DNA from: an uncultured Gemmataceae bacterium
Lineage (GTDB): Bacteria; Planctomycetota; Planctomycetia; Gemmatales; Gemmataceae
Direction of reading: 5' to 3'
Length of the DNA: 64,000 nucleotides
Assembly (NCBI GenBank): GCA_963750165.1
Contig: CAVVPN010000003.1
Coordinates: 1 to 64,000, forward strand
The stretch's first letter is position 1; each line of letters opens with the position of its first letter. Below, in pieces: positions 50,932 to 61,338 of the stretch. Below the pieces are notes generated by a model. It was given only the letters and a program-made list of their open reading frames with translations, was not told the DNA's origin and made no database searches. The translations under genes and the position numbers were made by a program.

Positions 50932-52528
50932 TTACGCCGTCGCCTCCGACGTGGTTTCCGAAGGCGGCGCCGCGGTCGGGTCCTTCATCTCGCCGGGTAC
51001 GGCCTGCTCTTCGACCGTGCCGATGGTCCGCTCTGCCTCGCCGACCGGCACGTCATCATACTCGGCGCTCTGCAACACCAGGTCGAGCGTCTTGCGCTCG
51101 ATGATCTGGGCGGCGAGGGTGTCGAGCAGGTCTTCCTTCTCCATGCGGGCGCGGACGCGGCGCGCCGATTCGCCGTTCTGCTCTGCGATGCGGTCGATTT
51201 CCTCGTTGATCTCGTCCTCGCTGACGTCGATCTTCTCCGTCTCGGCGATCTTCTGCAGCACGAAGTGTTCCTTCAGCGAGCGCGTGGTGCTCTGGAGCAC
51301 GTCCTGCTGCAACAGCCGCTGCCGGCCGCGGATTTCGTCCTCGGACATGCCGGCGTCCTGCATCTCCAGCACCTTGCGGGCCAGCGCCTTGCGGGCCTGG
51401 CGCATCAGCAGGTCCTGCGGCAAATCCCAGTGCTGGGCCTCGGCGATCTGGTCGAGTACCTGATCGCGGGCGGACTGGCGCTGCTCGTACTCCAGGCGCC
51501 GCTCCAGCATGATGCGTACCGTCTCGCGCAACTGCTCCGGCGTGTGGACGCCGAAATTGTGCAGGAACTCGTGTGTCAGTTCGGGCAGCCGCAGCATCTT
51601 GACATCCTTGATGTCGAAGGTTGCCTGCACGGTCTGGCCGGCGAGTTCGCCGACCGCGACGGCGCCGGCCATCACAATGTCCACCACGCGGGCGTCGCCG
51701 GCCTTCGCCCCGACGATGTGCTGTCCGAATTGTTCGGCGACACCATCCTTGAAGGCAAGGCGCGGCTCGACGCGGACGGTCAATTCCCTGGCGGTGCCGA
51801 TGGTCTTGTCGCCCTGGCGCGTGGTGAGATCGGTGATGATGTAGTCGCCCATCTCGGCGGCGCCGCCCTCCTTGGGCACCAGCTGGCCGTAGCGCGACAG
51901 AATGCGCCGCTCCTCCTTCTCCACGTCCTCTTCGCTGAAGGTGCGCACGGGCCGCCGGAGCTTGAGGCCCTTGTAGTTGGGCAGGTCGAACTGCGGCCGC
52001 ACCTCCACTTCGAACTCGTAGACGAACGGCCCCTGCTCGGGAATGTCGATCTTGCCGGGGTCGATGTTCGGGGCGCTCGAGCGGGGCGATGTCGTGCTCC
52101 TCGGCCAGCTGTTCCAGCGAGGCGAGCAGCACCTGGCCCTTGATCTGATCGACGACTTCCTTGCGATACATGCGCGTGACCACCTTGCGCGGCGCCTTGC
52201 CGGGCCGGAAGCCGGGCACCACCGAGTCCTTGACCAGTTCGGAATACTTCTGGTTGAGCAGCTCGTCGATCTCCTTGCGATCAACGATCACCTTGATGTG
52301 CTTCTTGCAGGGGCCGACATCCTTCATCTCGACCGTCTGCTGCAACTTCTGGCCCTTGTCCTCGGCCTGCGTCTCGTCGCCCTTTGGCTCGGCCGCGGGT
52401 TCGGCGGCGGGCTCAGCCGTGGCGGAAGCGGCGTCCGGCGGGTTCTCGACGGCGGTGGCAGCGGCAGGCTCCGGCGGGGTTTCCGTGGCGGTGCCGGGGG
52501 TCGGTGTGCTGGGAGTCTCGTCGGTCAT
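50932..52528 (-). CDS. tig: Trigger factor; frameshift near 52078
   Basis: 'VPGFRPGKAPR' ribosome-binding motif, 'EVEVRP.FDLP.YKGL', 'LPEL..EF', 'KIAE.EKI.V'; directly upstream of clpP. Confidence 0.92.
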
Positions 52529-52625
52529 GGCAGAACAGCCCCCTGAAAGTTAAGAAAGCCGGGAAGGCCACAACAATCGCGCCCAGGGACAGGTCGCGAT
52601 CTTATGGCCTTCTCGGCCGGAAAAG

Positions 52626-52699
<74 letters not shown>

Positions 52700-52935
52700 C
52701 CTTGGTGCGTGGCTCACTCGTATTGTAGGAAGGGGGGCAATAGCTGCCACCCCTGAAGATTATAAAAGCGGCGAAAACATCTGCAAGGGGAAAACCGCCC
52801 ATGAATGCTGGGTTGAGATCGACTGGGCGCCCGAAACAGACCGTCGCTCGCTGACAGTCTCCTCCGGGCTTCCGCCTGCTGATACACTGATCACAGGGAA
52901 ATCGACGCCCCCGCGCCCGTCCCCGGAGGAGCCTC

Positions 52936-53367
52936 ATGAACCCGAAACCCATCCCGCTGGAGACCACCCGCATTAACAGGCACCCCGAACCGGACCCCGC
53001 CGCCGCGCCCGCCGCGGACACTCCGCCGTCCGCCCCCGCCGAGCCGCTGACGCCCGAGCAGCTGGCGGCGCTGCGCCAGCAGGTCATCGACGCATTGTGT
53101 ACCTGTTTCGACCCGGAAATCCCCGTCAACATCTACGAGCTGGGCCTGATCTACGACATCGACCTGACGCCCGAGGGGGCCGTCGGCATCCGCATGACGC
53201 TGACGACGCCGGCCTGCCCCGCCGCCGGTTCGCTGCCGGGGGATGTCAAGGCCCGGCTGCTGCGCGTGCCCGGCGTCACCGCCGCCAGGGTCGATGTGGT
53301 CTGGGATCCACCCTGGGAGACGAGTCGCATGTCCGAGGCGGCCAAGCTGCAGCTCGGCATCGATTGA
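52936..53367 (+). CDS. DUF59 / SufT-like Fe-S cluster assembly protein
   Basis: 'DPEIPVNIYELGLIY', 'MTLTTP.CP.AG', 'VWDPPW...MSE.AKL.LG'. Confidence 0.92.
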   Translation: MNPKPIPLETTRINRHPEPDPAAAPAADTPPSAPAEPLTPEQLAALRQQVIDALCTCFDPEIPVNIYELGLIYDIDLTPEGAVGIRMTLTTPACPAAGSLPGDVKARLLRVPGVTAARVDVVWDPPWETSRMSEAAKLQLGID

Positions 53368-53610
53368 CGCGCGGCCCTTGCGACACGGGCTGGCGTTTGC
53401 GCATAATGGATGAGGTGGAGGGTGCGGCGTCCGGTACGTCGCCGGCGTAACGGAGGCTCATTCGGGCCCCGGCAGGACGCCCTGGAGGCGTTATGCCAGG
53501 GCTCGTGCATTTTGCGACGGAAAATGTCGCGGCTGGGGCGCAGCGGTTTCAGTGCCGTTTTGCTAAAATGCCCCAAACGATGGGACGTGTCTGTCTTGTG
53601 AGACTCTCAA

Positions 53611-54462
53611 ATGATTGACGAAGCCGAAGCGAGCCGCCGCGAACAAGAGCGGCGCTGGCGCGAGTCGCTGATCCTGCTCGGCCTGGACCCGGGGCCTGAG
53701 GAAGATGCCGCCCCGGAACCGGCGCCGGCGCCCGCACCGGAACCCGAGCCGGTGGCCGCGGCGCCCGTACCGCCGGAGCCGCGACGCCGCGACGCGGACG
53801 AGGACGAGGGCGGTCCACGCGGCCGCCGTCGCCGTCACGGGCCGCCGCGCGAGGAAGTCGCCGAGCCGGAAGCGCCACCGCCGGCCGTCCCCGAACCGGC
53901 GGCCGAGGAGCCAGCGGCAGCAGCCGTCGCCGAGCCGGCCGCCGCGGAGCCGACGGAAACCGCGGAGGATGAGGAGCGGCCGTCGGGCCGGCGCCGCGGT
54001 CGGCGCGGGGTGCGCGGCAGCCGGCGCGGCAAGGCCGAGGTCGAGGCGGAAGCCGAGGCCGAGCACGACGTGGAACCGGTGGTGGACGACACCGACCAGG
54101 AAGCGGCGCTGGAGGCTGGCCTGGCCGAACTGTCCACCGAGGCGGAGGTCGAGCCGGAAACCGCGGCGGAGGCGCCGGCGCAAGAGGAGGCCGAGGAGCG
54201 GCCGCAGGGACGGTCCCGGCGGCGGCGCCGCAAGCGCGGCCGCGGTCGGCGCGACCAGGAAGTCGAGGCCGAAACGGAAGAGGAGACCACGGATACTGCC
54301 GCCGCCGAGGCCGAGGAGCCGGCGGAGGACGAGGAGTCCGAAGCCGAGGTGACGGCCGAGGACGATGACGAGGACGATGACGAGGAGCCCGACACGCTGT
54401 CCGACTGGAACGTGCCGAGCTGGAACGAATTGATCGCCTCGCTGTACCGCCCGGATCGCTGA
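53611..54462 (+). CDS. Acidic intrinsically disordered hypothetical protein with Arg-rich patches
   Basis: E/A/P-rich; 'RRRRRKRGRGRR'; short ordered termini. Confidence 0.7.
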   Translation: MIDEAEASRREQERRWRESLILLGLDPGPEEDAAPEPAPAPAPEPEPVAAAPVPPEPRRRDADEDEGGPRGRRRRHGPPREEVAEPEAPPPAVPEPAAEEPAAAAVAEPAAAEPTETAEDEERPSGRRRGRRGVRGSRRGKAEVEAEAEAEHDVEPVVDDTDQEAALEAGLAELSTEAEVEPETAAEAPAQEEAEERPQGRSRRRRRKRGRGRRDQEVEAETEEETTDTAAAEAEEPAEDEESEAEVTAEDDDEDDDEEPDTLSDWNVPSWNELIASLYRPDR

Positions 54463-54550
54463 CTACCTGGCGCCGCACGGACCACGGCGGCGCCGTTTTC
54501 GCGGCCGTGCCGGCAGGTGGCCGGCCCCAGCCGTTCGAGGTTGCCGCTTT

Positions 54551-55000
54551 ATGGCTGACGCCATCATTGACCTGGTCGGCCCGGAAGAGTTGCCGACCAT
54601 TGTGGAGCTTTACAATCAGATTTTCCGCCCGCCGCGCAACCTGGAGTCGTTCAAGCGCCGGTATCGCGGCCGCTACAACATTCTGCAACTGATCGCCCGT
54701 CTCGGCGAGCGGCCGGTGGGCTTCTTCCTCGGCTTCGAGTTGAAACCGCTGGTGTTTTTCGCCTGGTTTTACGGCGTCCATCCGGAGGTTCGCCGTCAGG
54801 GCATTGCGTCGCAGATGATGGACGCGGTCCACAGCTGGGCGCTGCAGAACGAGTACGAGTTTGTGCGCTTCGAGTGTCACAACCAGCACCGGCCGATGCT
54901 GCACCTGGCGATTGAACTGGGTTACGACATTGTCGGTATGCGCTGGGACTCCGACCGCGGCGACAATCTGCTGATCTTCGAGAAGGTGCTAACACATTGA
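54551..55000 (+). CDS. GNAT family acetyltransferase
   Basis: 'GVHPEVRRQGIASQMM' acetyl-CoA motif A. Confidence 0.85.
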   Translation: MADAIIDLVGPEELPTIVELYNQIFRPPRNLESFKRRYRGRYNILQLIARLGERPVGFFLGFELKPLVFFAWFYGVHPEVRRQGIASQMMDAVHSWALQNEYEFVRFECHNQHRPMLHLAIELGYDIVGMRWDSDRGDNLLIFEKVLTH

Positions 55001-55005
55001 ATTGA

Positions 55006-55132
55006 AAACCACGGAACACACGGAACACACGGAAAAAAGACAAAAGAATAGAACGTCGGGTTGAAGTCCCTGGACATGAACCCAGGGCAATTATTCTTTT
55101 GTTTTTTCCGTGTTTTCCGTGTGTTCCGTGGT

Positions 55133-55134
<2 letters not shown>
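55006..55134. repeat. Inverted repeat of 9-mer tandems (CACGGAACA), empty
   Basis: AAACCACGGAACACACGGAACACACGGAAAAAAGACAAAAGAATA ... TATTCTTTTGTTTTTTCCGTGTTTTCCGTGTGTTCCGTGGTTT. Confidence 0.88.
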
Positions 55135-55720
<586 letters not shown>

Positions 55721-55725
55721 GCCCG

Positions 55726-56013
55726 TCAGCCTTGCTTTTCCGGGATAGGCTGGGCGCTGTTGACCTTGGCATCGTACTTGGATTTGGCCTCGGCCGGGTC
55801 GAGCTTCGTCAGGTACTCCTCCGACGCGGTGATGTCGTACCAGCCGCCATCCTGGAAATCGATGATCGCCTTGCCATTATAATTGACGGTGACGACTCGG
55901 CCGATGATGCCCGCAAAGCGGCGCATCTCCGGCCGCTCCGGCTTGACCATGACGTACTGGTCCGTCCACACACGCTTCAGTTCCTCGCACTGCGCTACCG
56001 TCTGGGAGATCAT
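55726..56013 (-). CDS. Small hypothetical protein
   Basis: Coding-like composition, tightly packed in the operon; 'G.V.TVN.NG.A...F....WYDI'. Confidence 0.75.
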   Translation of the reverse strand: MISQTVAQCEELKRVWTDQYVMVKPERPEMRRFAGIIGRVVTVNYNGKAIIDFQDGGWYDITASEEYLTKLDPAEAKSKYDAKVNSAQPIPEKQG

Positions 56014-56024
56014 CGCGGGTCACC

Positions 56025-57026
<1,002 letters not shown>

Positions 57027-57037
57027 TTGCCCTCCTT

Positions 57038-57152
57038 AGTCCTTAGTCATTGGTCATTAGTCATTAGTTAACAGGGTTTCAGATCCAAGCAAAAGTTTAG
57101 GTTTCGACAGCGACCCAGATAACTAATGACTAATGACCAATGACTAAGGACT
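57038..57152. repeat. Inverted repeat of 7-mer tandems (TAGTCAT), empty
   Basis: Perfect 33-bp arms AGTCCTTAGTCATTGGTCATTAGTCATTAGTTA / TAACTAATGACTAATGACCAATGACTAAGGACT. Confidence 0.9.
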
Positions 57153-57154
57153 TT

Positions 57155-59422
57155 TTACGGCTTCTTCCCCTCGGCTTCCGTCTCCGACGCCCTGGCGCCG
57201 TCAGACGCGGGCGCCTCGCCGCTGGCGGGCTCCTTGTCGGTCGGCGGCGCGGCGGGAGCGGGGCCCGGCGTACCGCCCAGGCCGCTCGCCGGCAGTTCGG
57301 GGCCAGGTGGCGCCAGCTGCGTCGGCCGCGCCGTGCTCGGCGGCGGGGCCGTCGGTGGCGCTGCCGGCGGCCGTAGCGACGGGGGCTCCACGAGTTGCAA
57401 ACCCGTCTTCGCCGCGGTCGGCTCGACGGCCGTCGTTGGGGTCGGCGGCGTCGCGTTGGTCGTCGCCGGCGCCGCTGGATACGGCACCTCCGGTTCCGTC
57501 TGCTCCAAATGAACCTCGTCCAGTTCCGTGTCGTCCACGTTTCGCCGCATCAGGAAGTAGATGATCGTGCTTGCCGACCAGAAGAAACTGTAGCCGAAGC
57601 CCACCACCAGTAGGAACAGGAGGTACAGCCACACCGACACCATAAACGCCCCCACAAAGTCGTACGGCGCCCGCTCCTTGAGGTAGTTCGGGTTCAGCGT
57701 GTACGTCTCGGCGACCTGGCCAGAATTGCGGATCACGTCCTCGGTGGTTGCGTCGGGCGCCTTGTGCAGCAGCAGATCGCGCCAGCCGAACGATGTCGGC
57801 GCGTACATGAACAGATACTCCGGGTCGCGGCTCTGGAAGCCGGGGGCCTGCGATACCCCCCACTTGCCCAGGTAAACCATCAGCGAGCCCATCAGGCCGA
57901 CGAAGAAGATCAGCACCGCCCCGTACACCAGGGCCACCACGCAGTACCAGGCGTACTGCCACGGCGCCTGGTAGACGTAGCTGTATGAGCGGCTGATGGC
58001 GTCGAAGCTGTCGCTGCCCTCGGCGCTGATGGTCGGGTACATCAGCGGCCAGCCGACCAGGCCGACCAGCACGATCGCCATGATCAGACCGACGAGCAAC
58101 ACCACCGGCCAGAGCAGGCCCGCCAGCACGATGTCGCCGAGCAACGGAATGTTGCGCTCCAGCAGGCCGAAAACGATCAGGAACAGCGTCAGCACCGCCA
58201 GGAAGATCAGCGGGAACAGCGGCGCCAGGAAGAACGACTTGAAGCGCGCACAGGTGAAGCGCACTGCCTCGGTCATGCTGACCTTCTCGTTGGTGCGCGC
58301 GACCTGCACCGCGGCCATGCGCGTGATGGCGCCGCCGAAGAAGCCCCAGACTGCCAGGGCCACCAGGATCACCAGAAACAGGTAAATGCGGTTCCAACCG
58401 CCGGCCGCCGGGTCCAGCAGATACACGATCGGCCGCAGGAATTTCACCAGCGGCTCCAGCAGCACCGGCGCCTGGTCGTTGCCCAGCCAGGTCAAAAACT
58501 CGCCGCGCTCCCACGGCACGTGGCGCGTCGTGCCCTCGGTGCCGACCATCTTGACGTTGCCGGTGATGAGCAGATACGGGTTGGGGCCGCGGTCCTCGAA
58601 CCACGGCAGCGTCCGCAGCCGGCCCGACGGCTTCACCTTGGGGTTTTGCAGCTCAATCGCCTTGTCCGTCAACCGCTTGTTGCGCAGATTGTTGGCGACC
58701 TCCGCCTTGATCTCCTCGACCGTGCGGCTCTTCTCGCGAAAATCCTTGATCTTTTCCGCCGCCGGCTTCGACAGCGGCCTGACGGGAATATCCTTGATCT
58801 TCACAGTCACGTTCTCGCCCATGCCGCGGATGTCCAGGTCGCGCAAGCGCAATTCCTCGTTCTTGACCCAGCGCTCGATGGTCTCGATGTTTTCCTTGCT
58901 GCTTTGGATGGTGAGCGGCAACTTGTCCACTTCCAGTTTGAACATTTCCTGGTCGTCGCCCGAGGTGCCGGTCACGATCATTGCGCGGCGGGCCAGTTCG
59001 CTCTTGATACGGGCGTATTCCTTCTTGATGTTCTCCCAGTCCTGCCGGCTTTCGGCGAAGTCGGCGGCGTCGTAGATCCACTTCTTCTCCTTCGCCTCCT
59101 TGTACGTCTCTGGCGTGGTGCCGGCCATCTCGAAGGTCAGGTTCCAGTGCTGGCGGGCCGACTTGAAGGCCTTCCAGGCGGCTTCCTCGCCGCCCACCTC
59201 ATAGTCCGACGCCTTGAAGTCCTCCGGTTGCGGCGGGTTCTGGTTGAAGCTGAAATAGATGGCCGACAAGATCCACCAGCCCAGCGCCATGGCGAGGACG
59301 CCGCCGCCGGCCAGCAGCAGTTTCTTGGGGTCCATGGCCACCTTGAACGCGCTGAACAGCCGGGTCCACGGGGCAAACTCGCGCAGGTAATCTTTCTTCA
59401 GACCGCTCTGATCATCGGCCAT
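57155..59422 (-). CDS. Hypothetical multi-pass membrane protein
   Basis: 755-aa ORF with several TM helices, 'GGAITR.AA', 'DSFDAISRSYSYV.Q.PW' and a Pro-rich tail. Confidence 0.8.
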   Translation of the reverse strand: MADDQSGLKKDYLREFAPWTRLFSAFKVAMDPKKLLLAGGGVLAMALGWWILSAIYFSFNQNPPQPEDFKASDYEVGGEEAAWKAFKSARQHWNLTFEMAGTTPETYKEAKEKKWIYDAADFAESRQDWENIKKEYARIKSELARRAMIVTGTSGDDQEMFKLEVDKLPLTIQSSKENIETIERWVKNEELRLRDLDIRGMGENVTVKIKDIPVRPLSKPAAEKIKDFREKSRTVEEIKAEVANNLRNKRLTDKAIELQNPKVKPSGRLRTLPWFEDRGPNPYLLITGNVKMVGTEGTTRHVPWERGEFLTWLGNDQAPVLLEPLVKFLRPIVYLLDPAAGGWNRIYLFLVILVALAVWGFFGGAITRMAAVQVARTNEKVSMTEAVRFTCARFKSFFLAPLFPLIFLAVLTLFLIVFGLLERNIPLLGDIVLAGLLWPVVLLVGLIMAIVLVGLVGWPLMYPTISAEGSDSFDAISRSYSYVYQAPWQYAWYCVVALVYGAVLIFFVGLMGSLMVYLGKWGVSQAPGFQSRDPEYLFMYAPTSFGWRDLLLHKAPDATTEDVIRNSGQVAETYTLNPNYLKERAPYDFVGAFMVSVWLYLLFLLVVGFGYSFFWSASTIIYFLMRRNVDDTELDEVHLEQTEPEVPYPAAPATTNATPPTPTTAVEPTAAKTGLQLVEPPSLRPPAAPPTAPPPSTARPTQLAPPGPELPASGLGGTPGPAPAAPPTDKEPASGEAPASDGARASETEAEGKKP

Positions 59423-59649
59423 GCCATCGCTCCTTCTCCAGAATGCCCGCCGACCCCGCCGCCGCGTGCCGGCCCGGTCGGAAGTGCTTTCTTCTTGTTG
59501 GAGGTGGCATTATATGGCCGCCCCGGGGCTTTGCAATCGCCTCGGGCAAAATGGGCCGCGGCCGGCGCCCTCCCCCGCACGCGGAGAGCGCCGGCCGCGG
59601 TTGCGCGACCGAAGGCCTTAGGGAGATGGAGGTTAACCGCCGGCCTTTG

Positions 59650-60894
59650 CTAGAACGTGAAGGCCACGTTGATGGTGAAGCCGTTCATGAAACGGGTGAT
59701 GCCACGGTCCCAGCCCGGGTCCGGATTGCTGGCGTTAAAATCGACCGGCCGCTGCGACGCCATCGTGTTAAAGAACAGCATGGCGTCGTAACCCATCTTC
59801 ACCTGGATGCCCTCGTAGGGATACCACCACACGTTGGCACTCCCCATGATTTCGGGGGAAATGGTGAAGAACTGGCGCTTGTGCGACGCGGCGGTGCTCA
59901 GGTCGCCCAGCTGATACTTCGCCTGGGCATCGACGAAGTCCGCGAACAGGGCCGCGTCCAGGTCCAGGCTGAAGGCGAACGCCCCGATGGGCGTCGTGCC
60001 CAGATACCACTCGTTGCCCAGACCCCAGTGCAGGCCCCACAATTCGTTCGACACCACGTTGGTGTACAGGGCCTGGTCGGTCGGCCCGGCCACCAGGTTG
60101 ACGTTGTCGGACACCGTATTCCAGCTGAACCGCTCCCAGATCGCGACCTGGCGCGGCCCGAACGTGCTGTACAGCCGGTAGGTCTCCGTCTGCTGTATGG
60201 GGTAGCGGACGTTGATCTGGTACTGGTTGAAGCGCTGCAGGAATTGAATGGTCTGGTACGTCGAGGCGTTCCAGATGCCGAAGGTCGCCCCGGCGTTGCC
60301 GATGCCCACCTGGTCCGCCGGGCCGTTGTAGGCCGGCGTGTAGTTGTACACAAACGAGGTGATGAACGTGTTCTCCTGGAAGTTCCCCGGGAAATGGGTC
60401 GTCGGAATGGCCGAGGTGGCGCTCGCCGAATAGCGCGCGTCCTGCAGGTGGAACCAGTTGAACTCCAGGGCGATGCCGCTCTCGAACCGCCAGCCGATGG
60501 TGAAGTCGTAGCCGGGCACGAACGTCAGCGGGCCGGACACCGCGTCGGTCAACAGCGCCGGGGTGCGGTCGCCGACGAACTCGCCCGGGGTGGGGCCGAC
60601 CTGCCCCAGGGCGGCAGCGATGCTGCCGTCCTGGTCAATGAGGCCGTGGACGGCGATGATCTGTTGCTTGATCGGGTTGGTACTCATGAAGAACTTGAAG
60701 CCGCCCGCGACGTACAGGCCGCCGTTCTCCAGGCGCGGGTGGCCCAGGATGGAGGGCACAATGTACTCCGGCGGCGGCACCTCGTAATTGCCGTTGGTGG
60801 GCGGTTGTCCCTGGGCGTCCCGTGCCAACAGCACCACCCCCAGCAAGCTGGCCGCCGTCACCGACCCCCACCAGCCGATTTGTTTCCGTGCCAT
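59650..60894 (-). CDS. Outer-membrane beta-barrel protein (BBP7-like)
   Basis: Signal peptide, amphipathic beta strands, 'WWYPYEGIQ...GY', C-terminal Phe. Confidence 0.7.
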   Translation of the reverse strand: MARKQIGWWGSVTAASLLGVVLLARDAQGQPPTNGNYEVPPPEYIVPSILGHPRLENGGLYVAGGFKFFMSTNPIKQQIIAVHGLIDQDGSIAAALGQVGPTPGEFVGDRTPALLTDAVSGPLTFVPGYDFTIGWRFESGIALEFNWFHLQDARYSASATSAIPTTHFPGNFQENTFITSFVYNYTPAYNGPADQVGIGNAGATFGIWNASTYQTIQFLQRFNQYQINVRYPIQQTETYRLYSTFGPRQVAIWERFSWNTVSDNVNLVAGPTDQALYTNVVSNELWGLHWGLGNEWYLGTTPIGAFAFSLDLDAALFADFVDAQAKYQLGDLSTAASHKRQFFTISPEIMGSANVWWYPYEGIQVKMGYDAMLFFNTMASQRPVDFNASNPDPGWDRGITRFMNGFTINVAFTF

Positions 60895-61284
60895 CCCCAT
60901 CTCCTCCATGACGAAGGCGCTGCGGCCGGGCTCCACAAAATCCCCCGGGAGCCAGGACCGTGCAGGGCCGGCCGACGCGCTTGCGGCCGCCCTGTGCGTG
61001 CTTCTTTTTCTCTGAACAGAGAGAGCGAGGGAATATAGCAACCGGCCCGTGGTGGTCAAGGCCAAATTCGGGCGCGGTGCGTTTTTTGGTCGTGTTCCCA
61101 ACCGAACAGGGCCGTTCCCCCAAAGCGGACTGGGCGGTATAATAGAGATAGTGCCAGGGAGGGCTTTCATCTCGTTTCATCTCACAGACCCCCCTGCCTC
61201 TCCAGGGGCCGCGCAGATTCCCTATTCACAGTTGTTAGGCGAGCCGGGAGGCCCTGACCCAACCGACGATTGATCTACCGCCAA

Positions 61285-61335
61285 CCGGCCCGTTGACGTT
61301 TCGCGCGGGCCGCGCGAAACGTCAACGGGCCGGGT
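61285..61335. terminator. Hairpin immediately downstream of the large surface-protein gene
   Basis: CCGGCCCGTTGACGTTTCGCGCGG G CCGCGCGAAACGTCAACGGGCCGG. Confidence 0.6.
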
Positions 61336-61338
61336 CGC

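Noticed and set aside
50221..52284. Programmed frameshifting in tig or clpP
   Set aside because: No slippery heptamer at the breaks, and similar breaks are scattered through unrelated genes.
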